Counted from the first letter of the stretch, positions 18,662 through 28,872 are shown. The stretch is 64,000 nucleotides of DNA from Nitrososphaera sp. (GCA_045809625.1 JBJMEA010000049.1:7500-71499); one strand, 5' to 3'. The notes: generated by a model not told the origin, from the letters alone. A program made the numbers and translations.

Positions 18662-20306
18662 GTAGCTCTTCCTCTATGTTAAGTTCATTTGCGTATGGAA
18701 TCAATATATGTTTACGGGCCTTCATCCAGTCAGCTCTTATGTTAATTTCTGTTGCGTGGTTAAGAAGTCTTCTCTCAAGTGCCACTTCCGCCTTGTGCCT
18801 TAGATGAATTACTGCACCATGAATGTCTCCGCCGCCATATACAGCAGCACCTGCAACAAATATTCTTGCACCCGCATCGTATGTCTGTTGTAACGTTGTT
18901 GCATCAATGCCTCCATCAGCTTCAATATATCCTCTAAAGCCGTGTTGCCTCAGTTGCTTGTTAAGCACTATCATCTTTTCTAATACTTGTGGCATGAACT
19001 TTTGACCTGCCGAGCCGGGGTTAACGGACATAACAATCACAACATCGAGATTGTGCAAGCAGTCGTAGAGCCATTTTGGCACATCGGTACCTGGATTAAT
19101 TGCAATGCCGGGGCTGATTCCCTTATCAATTAGTCTTCCCTGAATTTCTCTAAACTCATTTTCAGTGCACGCCTCGGCATGTACTGTAATGATATCACAT
19201 CTTGCGTCAATATACTCCTGTATGCTACTAAGTGGATTTTGTATCATCAAGTGAGTGTCAAACGGTAGAGTGGTAAGACGCCTTAGCTTTTTGATAGTAT
19301 CTGCGAAAAATGTAGTGTTCGGAACGAACCTGCCATCCATCACATCTAAGTGAATCATATCAACTCCCTCGCGTTCTACCTTTCTTATTTTGTCCTCATA
19401 GTTCTCGCGCTCCCCTGCTATGATTGAAGGTGCTATCAGACACTCGCTCTCTAACTCTTCCAACAGCACTTCAGTTTGCCTCTTGGGTGGCGCTTTCCCG
19501 TGCCATTGTGGGTTGTTTGCCATATGGCGTATACCATTTCCTTTGATTGTATTGGCAATTATCATTACAGGCTTGTCGTGCACCTGCGCTGCCCTGTTTA
19601 GCGCGTCTAATATTTGTTCGACCCTGTGACCATCTACTTCAAAGACCTCCCAGTTAAATGCACTCCATTTGTCCTTTATAGGATCAAGGGGCATAATATC
19701 TTCAGTAAAGCCGTCCTGTTGGATGCGGTTACGATCCAAAATGGTGACTAGATTGTCAAGCTTGAATTTTCCCGCAGCCATAGAGGCTTCCCAAATCTGA
19801 CCCTCATTTGACTCGCCATCGCCAATCAATACATATACTCTATTCTTCTTGCCATCTAGTTTTTTCGCAAGTGCAATGCCTACGCCAACTGAGAGCCCAA
19901 TTCCTTCTGAGCCTCCTGAGTATTCAATACCCGGAACGCTATGCTGTTTTTGATGTTCTGAATACCTTACTGGATGACCTTGAAGGCGAGATCCAAGTTG
20001 ACGAAGCGTCCTAAGCTCTTCAGGTTGAAAATAGCCTGCAACTGCAAGTGCAGAGTAAAAACCTGGAGCCGAATGTGCCTTTGAATTGATGAAATAATCT
20101 CGATCGCCCCAGTTTGGGTTCGATGGATCATGTCTCATCCTTCCGAAGTATAGGGTACCCATTATTTCAGTAGCAGAAAAAGAGGCACCAGGGTGTCCAG
20201 AACCTGCCTCAGTAATGCCTTGAATCGCCCACATGCGCGCATCTCGGATCTTCCTCTTAAGGTCAAGATAACGCATATTAAAGCCTATAATGATTCCCCC
20301 ATGCAA
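18648..20306 (-). CDS. fusion protein: transketolase N-terminal (TPP-binding) subunit plus ribulose-phosphate 3-epimerase
   Basis: Residues ~11-285 have SGHPGASFS, GDGESNEGQIWEA and ANTIKGNG (TktN). From ~290 the protein continues without a stop as LIAPSIIAG..VDMIHLDVMDGRFVPNTTF..HLM..ITVH..MSVNPGSAGQKF..EADGGI (Rpe). A ~45-aa tail overlaps the tktC start. The probable true start is the ATG at 20276 (MRYLDL). Confidence 0.85.
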   Translation of the reverse strand: MHGGIIIGFNMRYLDLKRKIRDARMWAIQGITEAGSGHPGASFSATEIMGTLYFGRMRHDPSNPNWGDRDYFINSKAHSAPGFYSALAVAGYFQPEELRTLRQLGSRLQGHPVRYSEHQKQHSVPGIEYSGGSEGIGLSVGVGIALAKKLDGKKNRVYVLIGDGESNEGQIWEASMAAGKFKLDNLVTILDRNRIQQDGFTEDIMPLDPIKDKWSAFNWEVFEVDGHRVEQILDALNRAAQVHDKPVMIIANTIKGNGIRHMANNPQWHGKAPPKRQTEVLLEELESECLIAPSIIAGERENYEDKIRKVEREGVDMIHLDVMDGRFVPNTTFFADTIKKLRRLTTLPFDTHLMIQNPLSSIQEYIDARCDIITVHAEACTENEFREIQGRLIDKGISPGIAINPGTDVPKWLYDCLHNLDVVIVMSVNPGSAGQKFMPQVLEKMIVLNKQLRQHGFRGYIEADGGIDATTLQQTYDAGARIFVAGAAVYGGGDIHGAVIHLRHKAEVALERRLLNHATEINIRADWMKARKHILIPYANELNIEEELHAIR

Positions 20307-20414
20307 ACAGCAACAATATAGGAAAGCTTATTGCAGGAAAATAAAAAGATATAGCTCAGCACTATTGACAGCTTAAGATTTAAAAGTTCGTTATCCTATC
20401 TTTTTAGATATACT

Positions 20415-20843
20415 GTGTCGTCGTTGTCTTCGTCTTTCAAACGTCCGCTTCTTATCTACGACGATCAGTGCTATTCTTGCGCCAAGTTCGCTAAAGTGGT
20501 TAGCATACTCTCGCGCGGCTGGATAAGGACAGCTGGGCACTACTATTCTCCAGTAGCTATGGAAGCCAAGGAAATGATCTTTCCTGCTGACTATGATGCA
20601 ACTAAAATGTTCTGGCTTATCAACGAGAGAGGTGCTCATGGTGCCCGATCGGGCCTATTACCTTTGATAAAAGAGATTATCCTGGGCTTTTTTTTCCGAA
20701 GAAGAGGAAAGGTCTGCGACATCAATGCCTCATGTGAATTTAGCGATACTAACAACAGTCTATCATGCTATACGCTCTCGGGTGTATTAAAGAGAATTAT
20801 CTCCACTCTTAGCAATGGGACTACGTTTAAGTTTGACACATAA
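20415..20843 (+). CDS. DCC-family thiol-disulfide oxidoreductase-like protein (DUF393)
   Basis: N-terminal LLIYDDQCYSCAKFAKVV resembles the DUF393 YDGxCxLC motif. 142 aa, GTG start. Confidence 0.55.
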   Translation: MSSLSSSFKRPLLIYDDQCYSCAKFAKVVSILSRGWIRTAGHYYSPVAMEAKEMIFPADYDATKMFWLINERGAHGARSGLLPLIKEIILGFFFRRRGKVCDINASCEFSDTNNSLSCYTLSGVLKRIISTLSNGTTFKFDT

Positions 20844-21126
20844 CACTTGCTCTTTCATCTATAATGCTGAAGAGATATGCTGAGCGGATGATTTTTGGGC
20901 ATCAACATACACCGATAATTTTCTTTACTTGGATTATGTGACAAAAGCGAAATACATATGCAGCCCTATATTTTGCCAAGCCTCATCTACATCGTCCAGA
21001 CCCGACAAATATGGGCGTTGATTTGCTCGACTCTGAAGACTCATATTTATAAGAGAATTTTGTCCCCTCTTTGTTAATTATGCGGTTTTAAACTTAAAAT
21101 AAAGTCTATATTGAATCTATTACGTC

Positions 21127-22632
21127 GTGGTTCAGGTCAAAGTAGAGGAGGCAAAGGTAGACCAAAAGCAGACTCATCTTCTGGTGATAGGTGTATTCGA
21201 AAGTGACAAAGACTTTCCACATTCAAAAGAACTTGACTCCACCGTCTCTTCTTCAATCAGGGAAATGCTTGAGAGCAAGGAATTCCGTGGCACATTAGGC
21301 TCCTCAATAGTATTTTACACTTTGGCAAAGGGGTCGATGAAAAGGATCATGTTGCTTGGTCTCGGCAAGCGTGAAAAATTCACAGATGAAAGTGCGAGGG
21401 TCTGTGCAGGCAGAGCAACAAGGAAGGCTCAGGAACTAGGAATAAAGGAATTTTCAATACTACAGTTCTCAAACCTTGACGAAGGGCTTGTAGAGGCTAT
21501 GACAGAGGGGATTACTCTTGCATCGTACTCTTTTGATAAGTATAAGGAGACCAAAGAGTCAAATTCAAAGATTGAAGAAGCTGCAATATTGATCAATTCA
21601 GATTCCCAAAGATTTCAATCTGTAGCTGAGAAGTCGAACCTTATCGTCGAAGCAGTTAACTTTGCACGGGACATTGCCAACCTTCCACCAAACGACTGTC
21701 CACCTGCCTATCTTGCAAGCATTGCTGTTTCACTAGCACAAGACTACGGCTTGAAGGCACGAATAATTGATCGATATGAGCTTGAAAATATGGGGATGGG
21801 TGGTATCATTGCAGTGGGCAAGGGTAGCAATAACCCGCCCAAACTCATTATTCTTGAGTATATTGGAGTAAGTGATCCCACCCAAAAGCCATATTTGCTA
21901 GTAGGCAAGGCCGTGACTTTTGATACTGGTGGCATTTCAATAAAACCCAGTGAGAAAATGGACGAAATGAAATTTGACAAATGTGGTGGCTGCACGGTTC
22001 TTTCTATTATAAGGGCAGTCGCTTCGATGAAGTTGGCAGTTAATGTTATAGGCATTGTCCCCTCCGTTGAAAATATGCCGTCTGCTACTTCGTACAGACC
22101 AGGTGATATTGTCAGGATGTACAATGGCAAGTCTGTAGAAGTTCTCAACACGGATGCCGAGGGTAGGATGATATTAGCCGACGCTCTGGCGTATGGAATT
22201 GCCACATATAATCCAAAGGCAGTAATTGATTTAGCCACACTTACTGGTGCTGCTATAATTGCACTTGGAGCCAATGTGGCTGCAGTAATAGGTAGCAACA
22301 AACAGTTGATAGAAAGACTGCGCCGGCTATCTGATAAGACTGGAGAAAAGATGTGGGAGCTTCCCCTATACGATGAATATCATGATCAGATCAAGAGTAC
22401 ATATGCAGATATTAAGAATATTGGAGGAAGACCTGGCGGAGCTATCACTGCAGCAGCATTTCTCTCTAATTTCGTCAATGATGTCCCTTGGGTGCATATT
22501 GACATTGCTGGCACTGCATGGCTGCAAGAAGGAACCTATGAGAAAAGCTACAATTCTAGGGGAGCTACTGGCTTTGGAGTGAGAACTCTCGTCAAGCTGC
22601 TGATGGAAGACGAAAAGCAGCTGCCATCCTGA
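21127..22632 (+). CDS. pepA: leucyl aminopeptidase (M17)
   Basis: VGKAVTFDTGGISIKP, MKFDKCGG and NTDAEGRMILADAL are the M17 catalytic signature. 501 aa. Confidence 0.9.
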   Translation: MVQVKVEEAKVDQKQTHLLVIGVFESDKDFPHSKELDSTVSSSIREMLESKEFRGTLGSSIVFYTLAKGSMKRIMLLGLGKREKFTDESARVCAGRATRKAQELGIKEFSILQFSNLDEGLVEAMTEGITLASYSFDKYKETKESNSKIEEAAILINSDSQRFQSVAEKSNLIVEAVNFARDIANLPPNDCPPAYLASIAVSLAQDYGLKARIIDRYELENMGMGGIIAVGKGSNNPPKLIILEYIGVSDPTQKPYLLVGKAVTFDTGGISIKPSEKMDEMKFDKCGGCTVLSIIRAVASMKLAVNVIGIVPSVENMPSATSYRPGDIVRMYNGKSVEVLNTDAEGRMILADALAYGIATYNPKAVIDLATLTGAAIIALGANVAAVIGSNKQLIERLRRLSDKTGEKMWELPLYDEYHDQIKSTYADIKNIGGRPGGAITAAAFLSNFVNDVPWVHIDIAGTAWLQEGTYEKSYNSRGATGFGVRTLVKLLMEDEKQLPS

Positions 22633-22642
22633 TGAAAAATAT

Positions 22643-23218
22643 ATGCCGCTGTTTCCATTGAGCGCACTTGTGCAAGCCCTCAAAGAGCAGGGCTTTAGTT
22701 GCAGAACAGGCAACATTGATCTTGATGTGCATCCTATGAAAAGAGCTTACTTTGAACGATGGCTTTTAAATAAGGATGGCTTTGTTCGGATGATGAGTGG
22801 CAGCATTGACTTCATCGGCATAGAGGAGGTGATGCGCATGGGACCATTCTATGATATCCACTGCCTTATAGAAAATGATTTTATTGTAGATACTGACGAG
22901 AATGCCCACAAGCTGCTCGACGCTGCGCCTTACTACTCGCTCTCCAATGGCAAAGTGACAAGCATGGGTTGGAGTGGTGGTGTAATCGCAAACATGCTAG
23001 CAAATGACGCAATATTATCAAAGGACTTTGCGAGAAACATAATGAAGGAAGAATTGAAAAGAATAGTGATAAAGGCCGCAAACTATTGTTGTGTTATAGA
23101 AACACAGGCTTGGGAGCCAGCTGGCCTTGTATCGGCCTTTGCTACAATAGATCGTATAGGATACAATGTAAGGCAATTGCTGAAGAGGATACATTTGGGA
23201 GACTATACTCAAAATTAA
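22643..23218 (+). CDS. hypothetical protein
   Basis: 191-aa ORF 10 nt downstream of pepA on the same strand. No recognisable motif. Confidence 0.55.
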   Translation: MPLFPLSALVQALKEQGFSCRTGNIDLDVHPMKRAYFERWLLNKDGFVRMMSGSIDFIGIEEVMRMGPFYDIHCLIENDFIVDTDENAHKLLDAAPYYSLSNGKVTSMGWSGGVIANMLANDAILSKDFARNIMKEELKRIVIKAANYCCVIETQAWEPAGLVSAFATIDRIGYNVRQLLKRIHLGDYTQN

Positions 23219-23229
23219 CAAGAGAAAGA

Positions 23230-23343
23230 TGCCAGCACTGCTGCTTCCCGACCGCTCTCGCAGGTCAGTAACACAGCAGCGACAGCAGGTTTGACTTCCG
23301 GGTTCGGAATGGGACCGGGTCGCACCCTGCCGCTATGACCGGC
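23230..23343 (-). rRNA. rrf: 5S ribosomal RNA (stand-alone, not linked to a 16S-23S operon in this window)
   Basis: Reverse complement GCCGGTCATAGCGGCAGGGTGCGACCCGGTCCCATTCCGAACCCGGAAGTCAAACCTGCTG...CGAGAGCGGTCGGGAAGCAGCAGTGCTGGCA carries the universal 5S core (CCCATTCCGAACCCGGAAGT.AA) and a terminal helix GCCGG/CTGGC. Ends are approximate to within a few nt. Confidence 0.85.
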
Positions 23344-23527
23344 TTATTCTAGGTATTTGCCAAAGGGCTAATTGAATGTTGCCTCCGCTGAACAGTAGAC
23401 ATTATGGGTTGAACATTTGTCCCTTAAAAACATGGTAATGCTAGCCAAGTAGGTTGGATATAATTAACCTCCTATTGTAACTTAATTAACTTGTGCAGAC
23501 AATAATTGCTAAAAGTCGAAGAAGAAA

Positions 23528-23551
23528 TATTATTATTATTATTATTATTAT
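23528..23551. repeat. (TAT)8 trinucleotide microsatellite in an intergenic spacer
   Basis: Eight perfect TAT units read directly at 23528-23551. Confidence 0.95.
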
Positions 23552-24208
23552 GATTTAGAATATTGCTTGTCTATATGGTTCTAATCAGTTCATACTCCAT
23601 GTCTGGACAGATTGCTCAGCGTTCTAGGATTAACCCATTGTATTGATTGCAAACCTGTCATCATTTAGTACCAATATCTCCAAACCCCTGTAGGCACCTC
23701 GAGGCTTTTGTTCGGAAGCCATTTGCATGTAAGTATCGATGTAGGACGAATCCTTTAAGTTCTTACATCTTCTTGGTTTTTCTTTAATTTTCATCCATAT
23801 ATTGTACTTTGCAGGATCAGTTCTAGATCAACAGGTTCTAATTTAATTAAACTGATCAATCACTGGAGCCCTATCCTACTTTATTTCGTGGCTGCTGGAA
23901 TTAGAAAAAATAAAGCTGATAATGTTCGAGAAGGCAGTGCACGTTTTGCAGCGGTGAAGTCTGACTTGTATTGAAGCATTTGAGAAATAATATAAGCGCT
24001 CTGCTATCTCAAACAGCTTGCAAGACAAAGATATCCTGTATTGTAAAAAAGGTACTTTGTTGATTACTAAAACACAAGTAACATATTGAAAAGAGCTTAA
24101 TCGAATGAAAACCAGTTATATGGTCGCCGAGTTACCAAAAAACTTTCAAAGTTTTTTTGTGATTGAAGCGGTATGTATATAATGCATCATTGCAAAAATT
24201 ACATATAA

Positions 24209-26020
24209 TTGGGCAATTCTGAAGCAGAAACTACTCATCGAGTTGCAGTACTTGATGAGGAATTATGTCAGCCAAAAAAATGTGGCCTGGAGTGCATCGT
24301 CTACTGCCCGGTAAACAAGACTGGTGGAGAATGCATCATTCAGCGCCCAGATAATGGCAAAGCTCTGATATCTGAGGACTTATGCACAGGATGTGGTATT
24401 TGCATCAAAAAATGCCCTTTTGATGCCATAGTGATTGTAAATCTTGCTAAAGAGCTCTCTGAAGACAAGATCCACCAATATGGCATTAATTCATTTCGAT
24501 TCTACCGTCTTCCTACTCCAAAGAAGGGTGCAGTTGTTGGCTTGGTCGGGAAAAACGGCATGGGCAAGTCTACTATTGTCAACATTTTGTCAGGTAATAT
24601 GAAGCCTAACCTTGGAAAATATGATCAAGAAATTTCCTGGGACATGATTTTGAAATATTATCAAGGCACTGAAATGAAATCCCATTTTGAAAAAATAGCA
24701 AATGGTACAATGCGCGCTTCGATCAAACCTCAGCTCGTCTATCTAATACCAAAGGCATTTAGAGGAACCCCAAAAGAATTGTTGAAGATATATGATGAGC
24801 GCAAAGTAATTGACAATCTAGTACCGCAACTTGGTTTGCACAACATTTTGGAGCGTGATATTGCACAACTGAGCGGTGGTGAGCTTCAACGACTTGCAGT
24901 GGCCATAGCCGCTGCAAAGGATGCTGAGTACTATTTCTTTGACGAACCATCTTCATATAATGATGTATATCAACGACTTGCAGTGGCCAAAGTAATAAGA
25001 GATTTGGCTGAGCAGGGCAAGAATGTGATGGTTGTAGAGCACGATATGACACTTCTTGATTACTTGTCAGATTATATCCATATAATTTACGGTGAGCCTG
25101 GAGCATATGGGATCGTTTCTGGTATGCAAAGTACAAAAGTGGGCATCAACAATTTTCTTGAAGGCTTTCTGCCTAATGAAAACGTGCGTTTTAGAGACAA
25201 GGCATTCCGATTTGATATTACTTCTTCAATTGAAGACATCCTCCTGGATACCACAATCGCCAGCTATGGTGACCTATCTAGATCATTTCCAACTTTCAAA
25301 CTCCATGTGACTGCTGGCGGCATAAGAAGAGGTGAGATAGTTGGAATCATTGGTGCTAACGCGCTTGGCAAGACTACTTTTATGCGAATGTTGGCAGGTG
25401 TAGACAAGCCTGATTCAGGAAAAATAGATGTCACTGCAACTATATCCTACAAGCCGCAGTATCTAAACCAGGACTATGATGGTGACGTACGATCACTAAT
25501 GTACATGGCATACCTTAGTCCAATTGAGGGTTCATCTGTAGAACAACAGATCATTATTCCAATGGGTATAAAGAAACTTTATGAAAAGAATGTTAAGAAC
25601 CTAAGTGGCGGTGAGCTTCAGAAGGTTGCAGTAGCAGCTTCTCTCTTGCGCCAAGCAGATATTTACGCATTGGACGAGCCGTCTGCATTTCTCGATGCTG
25701 AGGACCGGATTGCAGTATCTAAGTTTCTACAACGCTTCATACGAGCTCAAGGCAAGTCAGCAATTATTATTGACCATGATATACAGCTAATCGATCTGGT
25801 AGCCGATAGTTTGGTGATATTTGAAGGTCAGCCAGGTCTTGAGGGATATGCTACTTCTCCAATTAAAAAAGAGGGAGGTATGAATCGCTTTCTCAAGGCC
25901 CTTTCAATTACATATAGACGTGATGAAACAACGGGCAGGCCTCGTGTCAACAAAGAGGGTGGAAGATTGGACCGAGAACAGAAGGAATCTGGAAACTACT
26001 ACTACATGAAGATTCAGTAA
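24209..26020 (+). CDS. abce1: ABCE1 / RNase L inhibitor homologue (ribosome recycling ATPase with 2x[4Fe-4S] domain)
   Basis: N-terminal CxPKKCGLECIVYCP and CTGCGICIKKCP ferredoxin-like clusters. Two ABC cassettes (GLVGKNGMGKST, LSGGELQR; GIIGANALGKTT, LSGGELQK). TTG start. Confidence 0.9.
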   Translation: MGNSEAETTHRVAVLDEELCQPKKCGLECIVYCPVNKTGGECIIQRPDNGKALISEDLCTGCGICIKKCPFDAIVIVNLAKELSEDKIHQYGINSFRFYRLPTPKKGAVVGLVGKNGMGKSTIVNILSGNMKPNLGKYDQEISWDMILKYYQGTEMKSHFEKIANGTMRASIKPQLVYLIPKAFRGTPKELLKIYDERKVIDNLVPQLGLHNILERDIAQLSGGELQRLAVAIAAAKDAEYYFFDEPSSYNDVYQRLAVAKVIRDLAEQGKNVMVVEHDMTLLDYLSDYIHIIYGEPGAYGIVSGMQSTKVGINNFLEGFLPNENVRFRDKAFRFDITSSIEDILLDTTIASYGDLSRSFPTFKLHVTAGGIRRGEIVGIIGANALGKTTFMRMLAGVDKPDSGKIDVTATISYKPQYLNQDYDGDVRSLMYMAYLSPIEGSSVEQQIIIPMGIKKLYEKNVKNLSGGELQKVAVAASLLRQADIYALDEPSAFLDAEDRIAVSKFLQRFIRAQGKSAIIIDHDIQLIDLVADSLVIFEGQPGLEGYATSPIKKEGGMNRFLKALSITYRRDETTGRPRVNKEGGRLDREQKESGNYYYMKIQ

Positions 26021-26893
26021 ATGCCACACATGCTGAAAAATACTTTATCAAATATTCTATCCTCAGACGAACTCTCGCAAGTATATTCTGCATTTGACCA
26101 GATCGGCGATATTATAATTGTCAAGATACCTGATGATCTGATGCCAAAGAAGAAGCTTATAGCTGATATGATTCTGACTCATGTTAAGACCGCCAACGTC
26201 GTTTTTGCCCAGGTTTCGCCAGTAAAAGGTGATTATCGAGTGCGCAACTTGGAGTTTGTAGCAGGCGAGAACAAGACAATTACAGAGTATAAGGAACATG
26301 GATGTAGGTTTAAAGTAGATGTTGCCAAAACATATTTTTCTCCACGACTCTCGACAGAGAGACTCCGGATTGCAAACATGGTGCGCGAAGGCGAAACTAT
26401 AGTCAACATGTTCGCAGGAGTGGGCACCTATTCGATACTGATGGCAAAGGTGAACAAGAGGTGTAAGGTCTTTAGCATCGATTCTAATGCTGTTGCTGCA
26501 GAATTGTGCGAAGAAAATACTAGGTTGAATAAGGTGCAGGATAGGGTTATTTCAATTCATGGCGATGCTGCTAAAGTGATCCAATATGAACTTGCAGGTC
26601 AGGCCGACAGAGTCCTGATGCCACTTCCTGAGAGAGCGAAAGAGTTCATTGATTCTGCAGTGCTTGCCCTTAACAAAAAGGGCATTGTACATTATTTCAG
26701 TCATGTCCGAGCAGATAATAAAAAGACCAGTCAGGATCTAGGATTGCAGGATTCGCAAAATGCTTTTGCAAAATATAACCACATTGTACAGCGGGTTAAA
26801 GTGGTAAGAGGAGTGGGCCCCAAGATGTACCAGATAGTGGCTGACGTTTCCGTGAAAACTAGCCCTTCTTTTCCTCTTCCTTTGGCGCAGTAA
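26021..26893 (+). CDS. trm5: tRNA (guanine37-N1)-methyltransferase Trm5 / Met-10+ family
   Basis: FSPRLSTER, VNMFAGVGTYSI (SAM-binding motif) and RVLMPLPE are typical of Trm5/Taw22. The start directly follows the ABCE1 stop. Confidence 0.8.
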   Translation: MPHMLKNTLSNILSSDELSQVYSAFDQIGDIIIVKIPDDLMPKKKLIADMILTHVKTANVVFAQVSPVKGDYRVRNLEFVAGENKTITEYKEHGCRFKVDVAKTYFSPRLSTERLRIANMVREGETIVNMFAGVGTYSILMAKVNKRCKVFSIDSNAVAAELCEENTRLNKVQDRVISIHGDAAKVIQYELAGQADRVLMPLPERAKEFIDSAVLALNKKGIVHYFSHVRADNKKTSQDLGLQDSQNAFAKYNHIVQRVKVVRGVGPKMYQIVADVSVKTSPSFPLPLAQ

Positions 26894-27080
26894 GCATTGT
26901 GTATCCTATCCAACCAAGCACCATCAGAAGTATTGATACAGCAGCTAAGGCAGTAAGCTGAAGTATAAGCATACTCCATTCTGTTCCAAGCAGAAAATAG
27001 GCGTAAGCGATAAACACTGCAATAGAAACAAAAAGAAGTACAGCGCCAGCTCCTTTGCTTCTATTCCTTTTAATACTCAT
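26859..27080 (-). CDS. small two-TM membrane protein
   Basis: 73 aa with two clear hydrophobic helices flanked by basic (N) and acidic/lysine (C) ends. It overlaps the Trm5 3' end convergently by 35 nt. Confidence 0.45.
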   Translation of the reverse strand: MSIKRNRSKGAGAVLLFVSIAVFIAYAYFLLGTEWSMLILQLTALAAVSILLMVLGWIGYTMLTAPKEEEKKG

Positions 27081-27114
27081 ATTGGAGAGGCATTTTTAGC
27101 ATCTTAATAATCTT

Positions 27115-27612
27115 TTAAGTCAATTCTAGCGCCATAAGGTAGGCGTCTTCGCCATCCCTGTAGTAAGACCGCAATCTGGATTTTATGTCAAAGTGCAATT
27201 TCTGATACATATTAATAGCGCTTGTATTGCTAACTCTTACCTCTAGATATATCTCGTCAGCTTTTCTATACATTACGCCGTTAATTCCTTCTATCATCAG
27301 TGCCTTGCCAATGCTCTTGCCTCTGTGCTCCTCTAGCACTGCAACAGACACAACGTGACCCTTCTTGACAAAGCCTAATTTACGAAAGTTTGAAAAGCCA
27401 AACTCTATCTTACACATAATGTAGCCGACTATTCTGTTGTTCAGCTCTGCAATAATGAACGCCTCTGGAAGCTCTCGTAGGATTGATTCAAAGAAGTAGT
27501 CTGAGTAGTGCTCTGGCAGAGTTGTCATGTTGATATCTATCACCGCTTGTAAATCACTTACTTCGCAGCGGCGTATGACATAGTCCCCGACTTTTCGCAG
27601 AGCTGTTTGCAA
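27115..27612 (-). CDS. GNAT N-acetyltransferase, RimI/Ard1 (N-alpha-acetyltransferase) type
   Basis: GHVVSVAVLEEHRGKSIGKALM (acetyl-CoA Q/RxxGxG/A motif), YLEVRVSNTSAINMYQKLHF, YYRDGEDAYLM. Confidence 0.8.
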   Translation of the reverse strand: MQTALRKVGDYVIRRCEVSDLQAVIDINMTTLPEHYSDYFFESILRELPEAFIIAELNNRIVGYIMCKIEFGFSNFRKLGFVKKGHVVSVAVLEEHRGKSIGKALMIEGINGVMYRKADEIYLEVRVSNTSAINMYQKLHFDIKSRLRSYYRDGEDAYLMALELT

Positions 27613-28872
27613 AGTAATAACTACAACAACAGAAACACACTATTTAACCTTACATGTCATATGCATAACAACAATAATATTTTAATTAGATTGGCTCAAA
27701 AGAAATCTGCAGTGGTTTCCACTTCTCTGAACGGCGACTATTCCCGTGCAGTTCCAATAGTTTCATCCCTCTTTAGATTAAGAGATACACAATTGAACAT
27801 CAGAGAAGGCTACATTGAGTTCTTGGTATCTGAAGCTGACATCAAGGATAAGTTTCCGATCTTGATCAAAGAGCTGAGTAGGATCGGCATGACACCTACT
27901 GCCACACGCCAAAAATATTTCTCAAGATTGATGCCGGCCTTGTCATCCGCAATAAGGCTCCAGATAGAGGATGGTATAGTTATTACAGTATTCAAAACTC
28001 CAAAACCAAAGATTAGAACCAAAAGACAGCTGCCTTTGCCTCTGATATTCTTTGTTATCGCCGTCATCTTTGTATTCTACGACGGTTTGATGCGCTCAAG
28101 CAGTATATTTGCAAAGACCTATGTAAGCGATCCTATCCTGCTTGCAGGAGCATACACAATGTCACTCATGGGCATCCTGGCCGTCCATGAGCTTGGGCAT
28201 ATGATAGCCCTTAAGCATTACGGCATCAAGGCATCCTGGCCGTATTTTATACCCGGTGTTCCAGGATTTATACCGACATTTGGTGCATTGATAACCCAGC
28301 AGAGCAATATGCCTAACAGAAATGTCATGTTTGACGTTGGTGTCTCTGGGCCAATTGCAGGGTTGATCATAACGATTATTGTATCGATTTATGGGTCTGC
28401 CATATCCACTCTTATCCCCATAGATGAGTATCAGAGGCTATCTGATGAAAACAGGTTGTTTTCATTCAATACTAGCCTGCTCATGATTGCTACACTCCAT
28501 ATGGCCGACAAGGTAGTGGAGAACACGGTTCTAGTGATGTCTCCTCTACTTTTTGCCGCCTGGATAGGATTTGTACTTACATCGATCAATCTCATCCCTG
28601 CTTGGCAGCTTGATGGTGGACATCTCTCACGGGCAATGTTTGGAGAACATTGGCACAAAATTATAACCTATGCAGGCATAGGCGCGTTGTTCCTAATGGG
28701 ATTTTGGCCAATGGCGATACTAGTTCTGATACTTAGTCAAAGGATCCCTAGTAATACCCCATTAGATGATGTTACCCCACTATCTCCCCGGCGTAAGTTA
28801 CTCTTTTTCATAACCCTTGGAATCGCCATAGTGGCTGCACCGATCCCAAGTTCTATTCTGCCTTGGGCTTAA
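27607..28872 (+). CDS. M50 (site-2 protease family) membrane metalloprotease
   Basis: HELGHMIALKH (HExxH) lies in a TM helix, with a later NLIPAWQLDGGH (LDG motif) and many TM segments. The true start is probably the ATG at 27661 or later, because the first 18 codons are Asn-rich and overlap the divergent gene. Confidence 0.8.
   Translation: MQSNNYNNRNTLFNLTCHMHNNNNILIRLAQKKSAVVSTSLNGDYSRAVPIVSSLFRLRDTQLNIREGYIEFLVSEADIKDKFPILIKELSRIGMTPTATRQKYFSRLMPALSSAIRLQIEDGIVITVFKTPKPKIRTKRQLPLPLIFFVIAVIFVFYDGLMRSSSIFAKTYVSDPILLAGAYTMSLMGILAVHELGHMIALKHYGIKASWPYFIPGVPGFIPTFGALITQQSNMPNRNVMFDVGVSGPIAGLIITIIVSIYGSAISTLIPIDEYQRLSDENRLFSFNTSLLMIATLHMADKVVENTVLVMSPLLFAAWIGFVLTSINLIPAWQLDGGHLSRAMFGEHWHKIITYAGIGALFLMGFWPMAILVLILSQRIPSNTPLDDVTPLSPRRKLLFFITLGIAIVAAPIPSSILPWA

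Noticed and set aside
21744-22301. 185-aa (-) ORF inside pepA, plus similar internal antisense ORFs in acs, ABCE1, polB, abfD and others
   Set aside because: All are nested antisense within genes that have strong family signatures. None has motifs or independent promoter context.
27607-27612. A palindromic TTGCAA hexamer serving as the TTG start for both divergent ORFs (acetyltransferase and M50 protease)
   Set aside because: This is an artefact of longest-ORF calling. The protease more likely starts at the ATG at 27661 or later, so no real shared start codon is implied.
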